DNA from: the human T2T-CHM13v2.0 reference genome, Homo sapiens
Length of the DNA stretch: 64,000 bases
Assembly (NCBI RefSeq): GCF_009914755.1
Contig: NC_060929.1
Direction: 5' to 3' (one strand)
Numbering within the stretch: the first letter of the stretch is position 1; every line of letters begins with the position of its first letter. Below, in pieces: positions 1 to 12,895 of this stretch. A program made the position numbers and the translations under genes. The notes under the pieces are model-generated. The model was given only the letters and a program-made list of their open reading frames with translations, ran no database searches and was not told where the DNA came from.

Positions 1-730
1 GGTCATATGATATGTTTAACTTTATAAAACATCGTCAAGCTGTTTTCAAAAGTGGCTATACCATTTTGTATTCTTACCAGTGATGTGTGAGAGTTTCAGT
101 TGCTTTGCATCCTTGCCAGCCTTTTTTTTTTTTTTTAGGTCATTCAAATAGTGTTGTTGAAGTCACAATAAAAATATAAAGACAAATCTCTAAATTTAAT
201 GTTTTATTTGAGAAGAAATAATTGCAATTTGGGGTGTACTTTCAGACTAGGTGGTCTTCAGTATGTCAAAAGAACAAAGAGGTTGGAGGTTGTATAAAAA
301 GTAGAAATGTTATATATTGCTTTTTGAGAAAGGTCATTGGCACTAGTAAGGTTCTGAGGAACTGATAAGCTCTAATCGGTGAGTGACAGCAGTGGGCCAA
401 ATTAGTACTAAAGTTGCAGCAGTTACAAAGAAAACTGGTTTCTAGTTACAACAGGCAAGTTTCAGCAGCCAGACTTGTAAAGAACTATGTTTTTGGAGCA
501 ATGTTATGTGTCCCTAATGTCTTGCCCTGCTGCCTCTAGACTGTTTTAGTTGGGTATGAAAAGGATAATCCAATCTGTGTAATCAGCTTTCACAATGTGT
601 AGTTGCATCTTCATGTGATTTTAGTTTCCATTTCCCAAATGACTAATGATGCTGTGGATCTTTGCATGTTCTTGTTTGCCAGCCATACATTTTCTCTGGT
701 GAAGTATATGGTCAAATCATTTTTCATTGG
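1..730 (-). mobile_element. Old L1M fragment (ORF2 3' part), interrupted by an LTR at 155-594
   Basis: L1-like antisense tracts (aaagtggctataccattttgtattcttaccagtgatgtgtgagagtttcagttgc; catttcccaaatgactaatgatgctg). Confidence 0.75.
155..594 (-). mobile_element. Solo LTR, probably ERV1/MER4 group (subfamily uncertain)
   Basis: TG...CA termini, 4-bp flanks gtgt/atgt, interrupts otherwise contiguous L1 sequence. Antisense AATAAA (tttatt) near the left end. Confidence 0.6.
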
Positions 731-739
731 AAATAATTA

Positions 740-3660
740 TATATTTTTATAGTGTAAATATGATGTTCTAAAATATGTATACACTGTGGAATGACTAAAT
801 CAAGCTAAATAACATATGAATTACCTCATTTTTAATGGTGTAAATTAAAATTTACTTAGAACTTAAGAACTACTCAGTAATTTTCAAGTATACAATACAT
901 TATTATTAACTGTATTATTAAGAGCTCTTGCATTTGTTCCTCCTGGCTAATTAAACATTTGTATCCTTTGAGTAACATCATATCTCCCTAGTGTCTCCAC
1001 TCCAATCCTCTGGTGGTTGTAGGTTGTCTGTTAACTCTGTTGATACTTTACTTTATTTTGCTGTGCAGAAATTCTTTAGTTTAATTAGGTCCCATTTGTC
1101 AATTTTTGTTTTTGTTGCAACTTCTTTTGAGGACGTAGGCAAAAATTCTTTGCCAAGGCCAATGTCCAGAAAGGTGGTTCCTTGATTTTCTTCTAGGATT
1201 CTTAAAGCTTGAGGTCTTACATCTAAATCTTTAATGCATTTTGAGTTAACTTTTGTATATGGTGAAAGGGAGGGTCCAGTTTCTTCTCCATATAGCTAGC
1301 CAGCTATCCTAGCACCATTTATTGAATAGGGAGAACTTTTCCCATTGCTTGCTTTTGTCGAATTGTTGAAGATCCGATGGCTGTAGGTGTGTGGCTTTAT
1401 TTCTGGGTTCTATATTCTGTTCCATTGGTATATTGTGTCCATTTTTAATACCAGTACTATGCTGTTTTGGTTACTGTATCCTTGTAGCGTATTTTGAAGT
1501 CCAGTAATGTGATGCCTCCGGCTTTATTCTTTTTTGCTTTGGCTATTCAGGCTCTTTTTTGAATGCATATGAATTTTAGAATAGTTTCTTGTAATTCTGT
1601 GAAAAATGATGTTAGTAGTTTGATAGGAATAGTGTTGACTCTATAGATTGCTTTAAGCCGTATGCTTTGCCCATGTTTTAATTGAGTTACTTAGTTTTTT
1701 ACTATTGATGTGTTTGAGTTCCTTATATATTTTGCATATTAACCCCTTATCAGATGTATGGTTTAAACATATTTTCTCCCATTCTGTAGGTTGTCTGTTT
1801 TATTCTGCTGATTGTCTCCTTGGCTGTGCAGAAGCTTTCTAGTTTGATATAATTTCAGTTATCTATTTTTGCTTTTGTTAGCTGTACCTTTGAGGTCATA
1901 TCCAAAAAATTATTTCCCAGACCGGTGTTATAGAGCTTTCTTCCTATGTTTTCACTTAGTAGTTTTACAGCTTCAGGTATTACATTTGTATTTAATTCAT
2001 TTTGAGTTGATCTTTGTAAATGGTGTGAGATAAGGGTCTTATTTCATTCTTTTGCTTTTGGATGTCCAGTTTTCCCAGCACCATTTATTAATGAAAATAT
2101 TCCTTCCCCATTATGTGTTCTTGGCATCTTTGTCAAAAACCAGTTGGCCATAAATGTGTGGATTTATTTCAGGGATCTCTATTTGTTCCATTGCTCTATG
2201 TGTTTATTTTTATGCCAGTATCATGCCATTTTGACTACTATAGCTTTGTAGTAGATTTTGAAATCAGGTAGTGTGATGTTTCTAGCTTTGTTCTTTTTGC
2301 TCAAGATTACTTTGACTATTTGGAGTCTTTTGTGATTCCACAGGAATTTCGGAATTTTTTTTTACTTGTGTGAACAATGTTATTGGAATTTTGATAGGGA
2401 TTATATTGAATCTGTAGATTGCTTTGGGTAATATGGACATTTTAACAATATTAATTCTTTCAATCCATGAACACAGGATATCTTTTCATTTTTTTGTGGT
2501 TTCTTCAATTTCTTTTATGCATGTTTATAGTTTTCAGTATACAGATCTTTCACTTCTTTGTTTACATTTATTTCTAAGTATTTTATATCTTTATCTATTG
2601 TAAATTGAATTATTTTCTTCATTTCTTTTTTGGACAGCTTGTTATCAGTATAGAGAAACCCAACTGATTTTTTAATGTTGATTTTGTATCCTGCAACTTT
2701 ACTGAATTCATTTATTATTTCTAACTGTATTTTGGTGAAGTCTTCAAGGGTTTTTGTGTATATAATCATATCACCTGAAAATAGCGACAGTTTCACTTAC
2801 TCCTTTTTGATTCAGATTCCTTTTATTTCTTTGCCTTGCCTAATTGTTCTGGCTAGGGTTTCTACTACTGTATTGAATAGAAGTGGTGAGATTGAGAATC
2901 TATGTCTTGTTCCTGATTTTAGAGGAACAGCTTTCAACTTTTTACCATTGAGTATATTAGCTGTGGAATTGTCATATATGGCCTTTATTGTGTTGAGGTA
3001 CATTCTTTCTATACGTAATTTGTTGAGAGTTTTTGTCATGAATAGATGTTAAATTTTGTCAAATGCTTTTTCTGCATCTATTGAGATGATCATGTGATTT
3101 GTCTTTCATTTTGTTAGTGTGGTATGTCACAATTACTGATTTGAATATGTTTACTTTTTCATCCCAAGGGTAAATAACACTTGACCATGATGAATGAGCC
3201 TTTCAATGTGCTGCTGAATTCAGTTTGCTAGTATTTTGTTGAGGATTTTTGTATCTGTGTTCATCAGGGATATTTTCTTTTCTTATAGTGGTCTTGTCTG
3301 GCTTTGATATCAGGGTAATGGTGGCCTCATAAAATTCGTTTGATAGTATTCCCTCCTCTTCAGTTTTTGAAAGAGTTTGAGACGGATTGGTATTAGTTTT
3401 TTTTAATGTTTGGTAAAATTCAGCAGTGAAGCCTTTAGGTCCAGGCTTCTTTTTTCTTTTCTTTTTGTTTTTTGATGGGAAACTATTACAATTTCAATCT
3501 TCTTACTCATTATTGGTCTGTTCAGATTTTCTATTTCTTCATTATTCAGTCTTGGTAGGTTGTATGTATCTAGGAATTTATTCATTTCTTCTAGGTCATC
3601 CAATCTGTTGATGTATATTTGTTCATTCTAGTCTCTTAAGACCCTTTACATTTCTGTACT
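740..3660 (-). mobile_element. Nested L1MA/L1PB-type fragments (3' UTR plus ORF2 RT region)
   Basis: Minus-strand ORFs 2515-2796, 2812-3039 and 3403-3603 translate to degenerate L1 ORF2 ([56 protein letters not shown]). L1MA-like 3' end at about 740-1010. Confidence 0.9.
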
Positions 3661-3674
3661 ATCAGTTGTATGTG

Positions 3675-4160
3675 TTCCGATATTTTGCCTATTTTTAATG
3701 TGTTATTTTCTTATCAAGTTTTGAGAGTTATTTATTTATTCTAGATACAAGTCCTTTTAAGATATGTGATTCATAAATATTTTCTCCCACACTTTCAAAG
3801 AGCAGACATTCTTAAGTGAAGTTCAGTTTATTTACTTGTTCTTTCATTTATTGTATTTTTGATTTTGTATCTAAGAAATCATTGCCTAACTAAAGATCAC
3901 AATCCTTTTTTTCTATGTTTTTTAAGAGAAATTTTACAGTTCCTGGTTTTGCATTTCTATCTGTGATCCATTTTGAGTAATTTTTTAATATAAGGTGTGA
4001 GGTATGGAGAAATTTTGTTTTTATCTTTTTACATATGGATATCTAGTCATTCAAGCACTAGGTTTTAGAAAAACTTTTTTTTGTCACCGAATTGCCTTTT
4101 TACCATTGTCAGAAAATAATCCATCATATATGTGTAGGACTATTTTTGGATCCTTTTTTT
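3675..4160 (-). mobile_element. Old L1M fragment, apparent continuation of 1-730
   Basis: attctagatacaagtcc...gatccattttgagtaatttttt...ggtgtgaggta L1 ORF2 antisense motifs. Confidence 0.7.
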
Positions 4161-4269
4161 AAAAAAAGTAAATATAAAAATAAAATTACACTAGGAATAC
4201 ACCAAGAATTACATGAAGAATATGAGTATTTTCTTGTAAAAATTATAAAAATTTAGAAATATGTAACAA

Positions 4270-4465
4270 TTACAGTAAATGCTTACATAGACCTTACTGT
4301 GCCAAGCATCACTCTAAATGCTTTAAATAGATTAACACATTTACTCTTTACAATTCATGAGATAGGTACTGTTATTTTTTCCATTTTACAGATAGGAACA
4401 CTGAGGGCACAAAGAGGTCATGTAACTTGCATGGGGTCATGTAGCTAGTAATTGTTGGAGCTGCC
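4270..4465 (-). mobile_element. MIR SINE
   Basis: Core ccattttacagataggaacactgagggcacaaagagg...taacttgc. Confidence 0.8.
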
Positions 4466-4599
4466 TTCTTAATCACCTTATTATTTTGCTCACCTCTACC
4501 CCAATCCAATGCCTTATCTCAAATATGACAACTGTTCTTTATTTCGTTTGCAACTTTAGCTACCTATATGAAACACATGCAAAAAACATTTCATTTGTA

Positions 4600-5700
4600 T
4601 TCATGTCTATTCTTTCTTCAACACCGCTCTCTCGATTACTGTAGCTTTATAGTAAGTCTATAAAGTATGTGAGTCCTATAACTTTGAAGAGAATATGTAT
4701 TCTGATGTTTTGGTGGAGAGTTTTTTTTTCTAAATGTCACTTAGTATAATTTAGTTGGTAGGGCTGTTCTGTTGTTCTGTAATCCTTCCTGAGAGTTTGT
4801 CTGCTTTTGCTATCAAGTGCTGAGACAGTGTATTGAAGTTTCCAAGTGTATTTATGGATTTTTTATTTCTCCTTTTAGTTCTATAAGATTTTCTTTCAGG
4901 TATTTTGAAACCCTGTTGTTAGGTGCACACATATTTATATTTATTATGTTGTTTTGCATAGTTGACGCCTTCGTAATTAATGTCCCCCTTTATCCTTTTG
5001 CTAAAATTTACTTAGTCTGATATTAATAAGCTGTTCCTGCTTTCTTATGGTTAGGGTTTGTGTAGTATCTCTTTTACCAGGTTTGCACCAACCTAATGTA
5101 TCATTTTATTTTTTAACCTATTTATGCCTATATATTTAAAATGAGTTTCTTGTACACAGCATATAGTTTGGTGTTGATTTTTTTTTTATCCAATCTGCTC
5201 TTTAAGTTTTAATTAACAGTTTATAATGTTTACATTTAATGTAATTATATGATTAGAATAAAAACCACCACATTGTTAGCTGTTTCATTTTTAAATCTAT
5301 TATTTTGTTTTTGCTCCTTTGCAATCCATTCTTGAATATTTCATTTTAGCTCCATTATTGAATTATTGTTGATTTTTCTATTAAAGAATTAGTCATTGCC
5401 ATAGGTTACATAATATGCATCTTTAATCAGTCTATATTTAAATAATATTAGACTACCAGACATGTAGTATAAGGATTTAACAACAGTATTTCCCAATTTC
5501 TTCCTTCCATCATTTGTGCTGTTGTTGTCGTACATTTTTTATTTTTACACATGGTAGAAACACAATGCATTTTTAATTTTTTTAAATTTTAATATTTTTG
5601 CCTTAGTTATCTTTTAAAGCAATTTAAAATAAGGAAATGAATTTTATATTACCTTCATTTATTCTATTTCTTGAACCCTTTATTACTTTGTGTATATGTC
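4600..5700 (-). mobile_element. Degenerate L1M fragments (ORF2 5' region)
   Basis: gaagagaatatgtattctg...gtattgaagtttccaagt...gttaggtgcacac...gtctgatattaata motifs. Confidence 0.65.
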
Positions 5701-6637
5701 ATACCTTACCAAGGTTTTAAAAATACATGTTAATATTTTTAACTATTTGCATTTACAACACACCAGTCTTTGACTTCTCTTGGCTCTGTTAAAAATGTGT
5801 TGCCTTTAGATAGCTGGGAATGTGTTTTATTTTTATAATTCTTTGTGCTCACTTGGAATTTCAGGACCATGGGACCGAGTATAAGAGGTCCTTTGGCCTA
5901 ATCTTCAAAGTCTGACAAGTTTACTGATCTTAAGCTGTTTCTAGAAGTTCTCTTTCTGAAGTTGAAGTGTAAGCCTGTTTGGTCTATATTTCTCTTTTAT
6001 CTCTCTTTTACTCTTTTGCTTCTCATGTGGTGTTTGGAGCATTTGGACCACGTTGTCCTGCTTTTTAATGCTTTCTTATTAATAACCCTGTACATATGTG
6101 AAAATAGTTATTGAATGCCTTCTTACCATCTGCTTCACAGATTACCATCTCCTCTACACGTTAAAAAGTAGGAGGGGTGTCCCAGCTCTCTTGCCACACT
6201 GTGGAAGTACAGACTATATAGAGTGCTTAACCTAAACCCTCTCCCTGAAGTCATATGGTTTGTTTTATTCCAGACATGTACCTTTAGGAAAGCTCTGGGA
6301 TTCTGAAATTGGGTGGGTTTCCTTCAAAAACAACATTCACCTGAGGACCTGATTTATTCCAGAGCCTTCTCAATGCAGTAGCCCTAGTTATGTTACTTGT
6401 ATAGGGATAAGGCAGAAGGAAAAGAGCAAGCTGGAAAACCTAGAATTTTTTGAGCAAACTGTGTTCAATTGTGATAAAAAAAAATACTCTTGACAGCTAG
6501 GGCTGGTCCTATAATAGAACTTATAATAAGCACTTGTCAGTTATGTGGGTTATTGCAAGATACACTTATTTTGAAGCTTTCCCCTTTAATTCATGTCCAA
6601 AGCATAACATTTTCTTTTTGTCTTTTTCCCCCTCAAG

Positions 6638-6716
6638 GGGTGCTACATCCATTGTGTACAGATGCAAACAGAAGGGGACCCAGAAGCCTTATGCTCTCAA
6701 AGTGTTAAAGAAAACA
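6638..6716 (+). CDS. CAMK4: CAMK4 coding exon 2 (79 bp): Gly-rich loop to catalytic Lys (ALK motif)
   Basis: Polypyrimidine tract then cctcaAG|G acceptor. Encodes (R)GATSIVYRCKQKGTQKPYALKVLKKT. Donor ACA|GTAAGT. Peptide recognised as CaMKIV; exon number from recalled gene structure. Confidence 0.97.
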
Positions 6717-7010
6717 GTAAGTTTATTTCTTATATAATGGCATCTCTAAGGGGCCTGTGACCTGGAGAAGGCAGGAACCTGATTTGAAGAACAAAGGGGC
6801 CAGAGAGCTGCTGTGTGCAAATAACCCATTTGACTCTTGATTACGGGAGTGCAACCCAAATAGGTTGTTGTCTGGTGGAAATTGCATGAGTCTTTGAAAG
6901 CAGCTGGATCTCAGATTGGATGTGGTTCTGGGGAGAAGATTGGCAAGGAAAAACATTTAGAATTGGCAGGTAGACCTTATTTTGCATATCAGGCATGTTC
7001 TTGGAGATTT

Positions 7011-7063
7011 TATATATATATATGTATATACACACACACACACACACACATACACACACACAC
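7011..7063. repeat. Compound (TA)n(CA)n microsatellite
   Basis: Read directly. Confidence 0.95.
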
Positions 7064-9097
7064 TATATAATAATTTCAATATTTAAATATTAAAACCACA
7101 TTTTAATATTAGAAAAGCTTGCTATTGAAAAGAATTTGAAATAAAGCACAAATGTATTTGTTAAAGGAGTCATCAGATTCTAATTTGCCTTAATTTTCAA
7201 ATGTTGCACTTGCTTCAGTAGAGTATAATTGAATTTTATTGAGTTAATTTTTCTGGGACTGAACCTGCTCATCTAGAAGTTTGTACTTGGAAAAAAAGGA
7301 AGGTTTTTGTTTTGGGGGTTGCTTCTTTTGCCCTACACTCATAAATAAGCTGAGGAGGCAAAAGTGACTTAGGCTTATCTCTAATGAGTAAGAAACACAG
7401 TAGATGGGAGTTCAAAATATAAATGCCAACACCTGTGTAATACTGTCTATACCCCCAGAGAGTATTTTGCCATTTTAATGCCCTACTTGGATTTTGTGTT
7501 CTTATGCAGTTTCTACTCATAAAACCACAAAAAGACAAGATATTCTTTTATAACACATTCATTTTCAAATTTCATGTGAACAAATATGTGAAATGTATAT
7601 ATATATATGAAAACCCAGTTGTAAAGTATGCTGAGAAGTATCATAAATTTTGAAGTCAAATACATTTTTAGGCCAAGGAATTTTTTTTCCTCAAGGCAGC
7701 TTAAAATTACCAGCTGTTTATGTATTGTCTGGCACAGGGAAATTTTAGAATCTCATATAATGAAGAGCATAATACTACAAGGTTTTCAGCTAAATAGAAA
7801 TAGAATGATATTTTTAAACAATCTGTTAGAATTTACAGTCATAGCAAAATAACAAAAACAATTTAATGAAAGTCAGTAATAATTTCAATGGCACTTGCTA
7901 CTAATGAATTCTATATTCTGAATTTTCTGTTTGGTGTAGGCAATGATTTAACTTATTCCAGAATGTAGAGGAATCTGTTGATTGATAAGATTTGGAATTT
8001 TCCCTTAATTTAGTTTCTTACAGTCATAAAATTTATCTGAAGTAAGGATTATTAAAACTTTTATGAAATAGAATTTCCTGTTAAATATTTAGTTTGTATG
8101 AAAATAAAACGGCATATTTTAGCAGTAGTCACACACAAGATGTTTTAGGACTTGTTTGTACGATTTCTTATTGGTTAAAAAACTGTCAGTAAAATTTGTG
8201 AAGGGCTATTTGTTTTTCATAGTTGAGGAAACTTTGAGAGGGAAGAGACATATGAAAGTCTAGGAAATAAATACTTAGAAATTACATGTGAATGCTCAAG
8301 AATCCCCAAGGGCAACAGGCTGGTTTAAAGGCTGGCTTATGTCAAAAGTCTTTGGATAAATTGGAGAAGGAGGTCAGTGAAGCCATTTGGTGGGTTCATG
8401 ACGTATATTCGTTGGGCAAGTGCCGCTCTGGTTCGTCCTTACTGTCTTCTCGCTGTTGTGAAAACATCTCCCTCAGAAGACAGGCAGGAAGAGCATGTGA
8501 ACGAGAATGAAGTGTCAGATGGAGCTGCAGAATGGTGCTGTAAGGCAGATGTTGTCAAACACAGTTACTACTGTGCCAAATGGAATGAGAGAAAATGCCC
8601 TGGAAAAACCTCAGCTTTGAATGTGAATTAGATAGAATCCCCAGTATTGTCTCCTAGGATAAATCATGCACAGAGATGTGTAAACGAGAGAAATAGCAGA
8701 CAAAACCTCAAAGACCAGTTGCCTCTAGCGTTTCATTCCATATAGGTCACGGAGACTGAAACTTCCTTGTCTAAAGGAAAAGAATGAAGCCTAAGAATCT
8801 GTTTATAGAGGAAAAGTGATGTGGGGAAAATGTTTTCTTAGAGAATTCAGCCAAGGGGTCTGCTCCTGAGGAAAAAAAACAAAAGGGTTCAGAAAACTTG
8901 AATTATTTATGTAATCTATTAAGCTCAACCACATAAAATTGCCTTTATTAATGCAATTTTTTACTTATTTCTTGGCCTTCAAAAATGGCAATTTTATGTG
9001 GTCCAACTAACAACTTTGGGACTACTATATTACTTCAATGGATGGTTTCTTCAGTCCTCATTTTATGACTAGCCCTAAGCCCAAGAGGCTTGAAACT

Positions 9098-9098
<1 letters not shown>

Positions 9099-9143
<45 letters not shown>

Positions 9144-9160
9144 CCATCCATCTATCTATT
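9099..9160. repeat. (TATC)11 tetranucleotide STR with degenerate CATC tail
   Basis: 11 perfect TATC units at 9099-9142. Confidence 0.95.
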
Positions 9161-9164
9161 TCCA

Positions 9165-10490
9165 ACCATCTTGTTTTTCTAGAGCTGGTCCAATAAACTA
9201 CCACAAACTAGATGACTTAAAAGAACATAAATTTATTCTCTTACAATTGTGGAGGCAAGAAGTCCAAAATCACAGAGCTGGCAGGGTTGGTTCCATCTTA
9301 GGGCTCTGAGAGAAGATCTGTTCCATGCCTCTCTCCTAGCTTCTGGTGACAGCCAGAAATCTGTGGCATTCCTTGACTTGTAGGTCATCATTCTAATATC
9401 TGCCTCCAATTGTTACTAAACCAAACTTGAGTCAGCTCACCCAGTGTGCAAAACAAACAAACAAACAAACAAACAAACAAACACACTAACACCAGGACTT
9501 GTAGTGAGAGAAAGTGAGGCGTTTATTGCAGGGTGACAAACAAGGAGAATCAGGCAACTCACGCTTAAGACCCAAACTCCCCGATGGCTTATGAGCACGG
9601 GTACACTATGAAAGGTAAGGGTACATTTCAGGAAAGCAGAAGTAACAGGCAAAATCATAAATCAATATATGGAGGTTATGCATTGGTTTGGCCCCAAAAG
9701 GTGGGAGTATCTTAAAGTAGAGGCTTACAAACAGGTGGGTTCTAAGATTCTTTGATTTACAGTTGGTTAAGGAAGCAATGTTTTGTCTAAAAACTTGGGG
9801 TCAGAAGAAAGGAATGTTAAGATCTAGCCTTTGGGCATGACTCTACAGGCTTTCAAGGAAGAAATTTAGAATAAGGACAGTAGTCAGCATTCACTTCTTA
9901 GTTCCTCCTTATCTGAGGTCTACATGACAGTGGTTGGCATTTTTCATCTGGTGAGGGTCAAGGTTTCTGAATAACAGCTCAAGGATATGAGATGCTATCT
10001 TTAATTTCTATAAAGAACCAAACATCTTGTGACTCTAACTTACTTGAATGACAATCGTTTAAGCTATTATTACCTTTTTAATTAGTGGATTATTTATATT
10101 TACTTTTCAAATTGCTTGTGGCAGGGCTAGCTAGATGCCTGAAATCTCCCTAGAAGGAACTCAAAATTTTTCTTTTATCTCCATGCTAGGGGGCCAGGGG
10201 AGACTGGCAGTCCCCTAAGTGGGGTCTCTGCTCCCTCTCACAATGTCACATGGCCATCTTCTCCCTGTGTGTCTTTATATCATCTTACCTCTGTGCACAT
10301 CCCTGTCCAGATTTCTCTCTTCTTATAAAAACACCAGTCCTCTTGGATTAGGGACCCACCCTACTCCAGTATGACCTAATCTTAATTAAACTAATTGTAT
10401 CTGCAACAACACAATTTCCAAATAAGGTCACATTCTAAGGTACTGGGAGTTAGGATAATGTCTGTTTTGAGGGAGATTTAATTCTACTCT
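9165..10490 (-). mobile_element. MaLR LTR (MLT1B/C-like), split by an ERV1 LTR at 9411-10240
   Basis: taccacaaactag...aaatttattctcttacaattgtggaggcaagaagtccaaaatc; resumes after 10240 with ccaaataaggtcacattctaaggtactggg. Confidence 0.85.
9411..10240 (-). mobile_element. ERV1 MER4-group solo LTR (MER49-like), with internal (AAAC)8 at 9451-9482
   Basis: TG...CA ends and perfect 4-bp TSD CAAT (9407-9410, 10241-10244). Minus strand begins TGAGAGGGAGCAGAGACCCCACTTAGGGG, resembling the MER49 start as I recall it. Confidence 0.8.
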
Positions 10491-11239
10491 GTCTGTAAGG
10501 GAGGACCTCTAAGATGAATTTCAAAATATTCCATTCAATATTTTATTTGAAGATGAGTGAAACATATCACATTTAAGAAAGTTAATAAGGAAACCCATCT
10601 AATTTATAAATAATTTAATGTATAAATATTTTTAAGTCCGAGAAAGATTTCCTCAGACTGTCTCAGACTTAAAGTGAGAGACTTTTAAAATTCTCTTTTA
10701 CAGCTAAATTTTTGATAACATGAATCTTCTTTGTCAGGATCTGTTTAAACATTTTTCCATGGGAGTTTACCCAAATTCCATTTTGCGGCAATATGAAGGT
10801 CTTCTCTCATAGCTTAATAAAATAATTAGGAAGAATTTAGTTTACACTAGCAATGAGACATATTTTTCCATAAAAAACCCTGAGCTTCAATGAGATTCCA
10901 TTAAGTACTCAAATATCTGGGTTTTAGTAGATGAATGCGCTGACTTATCCATAGGAATACAGGTTAAAGCACCAGCTCTTGTGGAGAAATCTTATGGTGG
11001 TCAGGTGCAGGACAGAGTCAACACTGATAATTAACATACAGTGAATTGTCATGTTTAGATAACTGGATACTATGGATAGTAAAATATCCTTGTGATAAAT
11101 TAACAGGTAATTATAACATGAGACATGTTTTAAGTTAATATATATTTTATAAATGGGTATAACATCATGTATTTAATATATAGAGACCTATATTTCAAAG
11201 AATTGGAATGCATTAAATTACATATCAGCCAGCATCATA

Positions 11240-11410
11240 AAGTCTGCAATTTACTTTCAAATGGTTAAACAACAACAAAAAAAATGGTTTGTGTATGCAC
11301 AGGTTGGGGGAGAGAGGAAAATCAAATATGGCAAAACTAAACAATTATTGTAGTATATTATTATTCATTCTGGTATTTCAACATTTCAGATACGTGAGCT
11401 TTCTCATAAT
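11240..11410 (+). mobile_element. L1ME-type 3' end fragment
   Basis: gtctgcaatttactttcaaatggtt...aaatatggcaaaa motif. Confidence 0.5.
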
Positions 11411-12664
11411 GAGAAGTCTGTGGAAAAACATAATTCAACATTGAGACCCTGTTCGCATAATTGAGCATTTCTTCTGGCTATTCAGAAAGCATTTCAAGAT
11501 CTTGCACTCTCTAAATGTTATGACAAACATCAGTGACTCACTGTTATAAATGTATTGAAGTGCCAGAAAATAGAAAATGATAACTGAACCACTTTTTATT
11601 GTATTGAAAAAACCCTGGATATTTCCTGTAACAATATCCATTTGTCTCATTGTGCCATTAATGAGGATAAAGCTTTCATGGTGTTAACTGTAAACAAGAG
11701 AGGAAAATGGATTGAAGTGCCTTTTGGGTTGTTTGTTTCCTTTTTTTCCACTTAGTATTAGTGATTCTTGTACTGAAGAAGTCATCAATTCCCTAGACAT
11801 GACATTCATCCTCTCCTCTTGTGTGGGGATGGCCTAAGTGCCATTTTTGTTCCCCATGCATGCTACATTATCTTGTATATATTGTCTAATTTGCTTGTGA
11901 TTATCGGTGGAAATTTAACTTTGAAGTTTGTAAAGCATGAATCAAGGGTGAAGGAAACAAGGCTAACTTTTTTCTTTCATGCATAAGCCCTTCAGTATAT
12001 CCACTGTATGTGATATTTGAAGTAGAGTAGAAAGATTTTATTAAGTTACTTTGGGTCTTTAAGGGATTTTGACAGACATGGCTAGTGGGGACAACCAGTG
12101 TTTTATAAGATGTAACCTTTTTATTGTTGTTAAATGATGAACTTAAAACTATATGAAAGGAAAAAAATAAATTCGAGAAAGTGTCAAAATTTGAACAAAT
12201 TAAGCAGTTGGAAACTTCAAACTGGACTGAACTCTGCTGAGTTAAATAGAATGCCAGCTTTTGAAGAATGACATCATTATGATGATGGAGTCTCTATTTC
12301 AGGAGTAATTCACATGAATTATAGTTTATCTTTCTTCCTTAGGAGTATATACCTCAGAGTGTATCTAAATGACATGTCAGACTATAAATGTGACTTATTT
12401 TCAAGGAGAACTGATTGAGATTTAAGAAAATTATGCTCCACCAATAATTTATAGTATCTCTAGAATTTTGGAAACAGATATTTGAACTTCAGAATTCAGA
12501 TGAAATTTCTAACTATGTAGCTCAACTCTTGGAAAAGCTTGTATTAATCTAACTATAAAATACATGCCTCTCATGAAATACCTAGTATTGAGTCTGAGAT
12601 CTAATCTCCGTGTGTAAAATCATAATTTCTAGGTATTCTGACTCTCCTTAAAAATTGCTATGTA

Positions 12665-12895
12665 GTAGTGGGGTGATGTTGTGGTCTGTGGTGCCAGACA
12701 GACTGAGTTTAGGATTACTTCTGCTACTTACTGATTGTGTGACTTTAGAAGTTATAGAATATCTCTCAATCTGTTTTTTCATCTTTAAAATGGGTTTAAG
12801 AGTATCTAGGTCAGAGTGTTCTACTAAAGATTAAAATAAATATTTCCCACCACATAGGAAGCATGTAATATACATGATGAACATTATTCTTATTA
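12665..12895 (+). mobile_element. MIR SINE
   Basis: gccagacagactgagttt...ctgctacttactgattgtgtgacttta...catctttaaaatggg. Confidence 0.75.

Noticed and set aside
121-145. Poly-T-AG|GT as a recursive splice site in intron 1
   Set aside because: The regenerated donor GTCATT is poor, and the tract lies within an old L1 fragment.
6534-6737. 67-aa ORF as a standalone protein
   Set aside because: It is exon 2 of CAMK4 plus translated intron on both sides.
8292-8631. Overlapping 72/84-aa ORFs as a processed pseudogene or micro-protein
   Set aside because: No recognisable domain, poly-A tail or TSD; lengths are within chance. Kept only as a possible regulatory patch.
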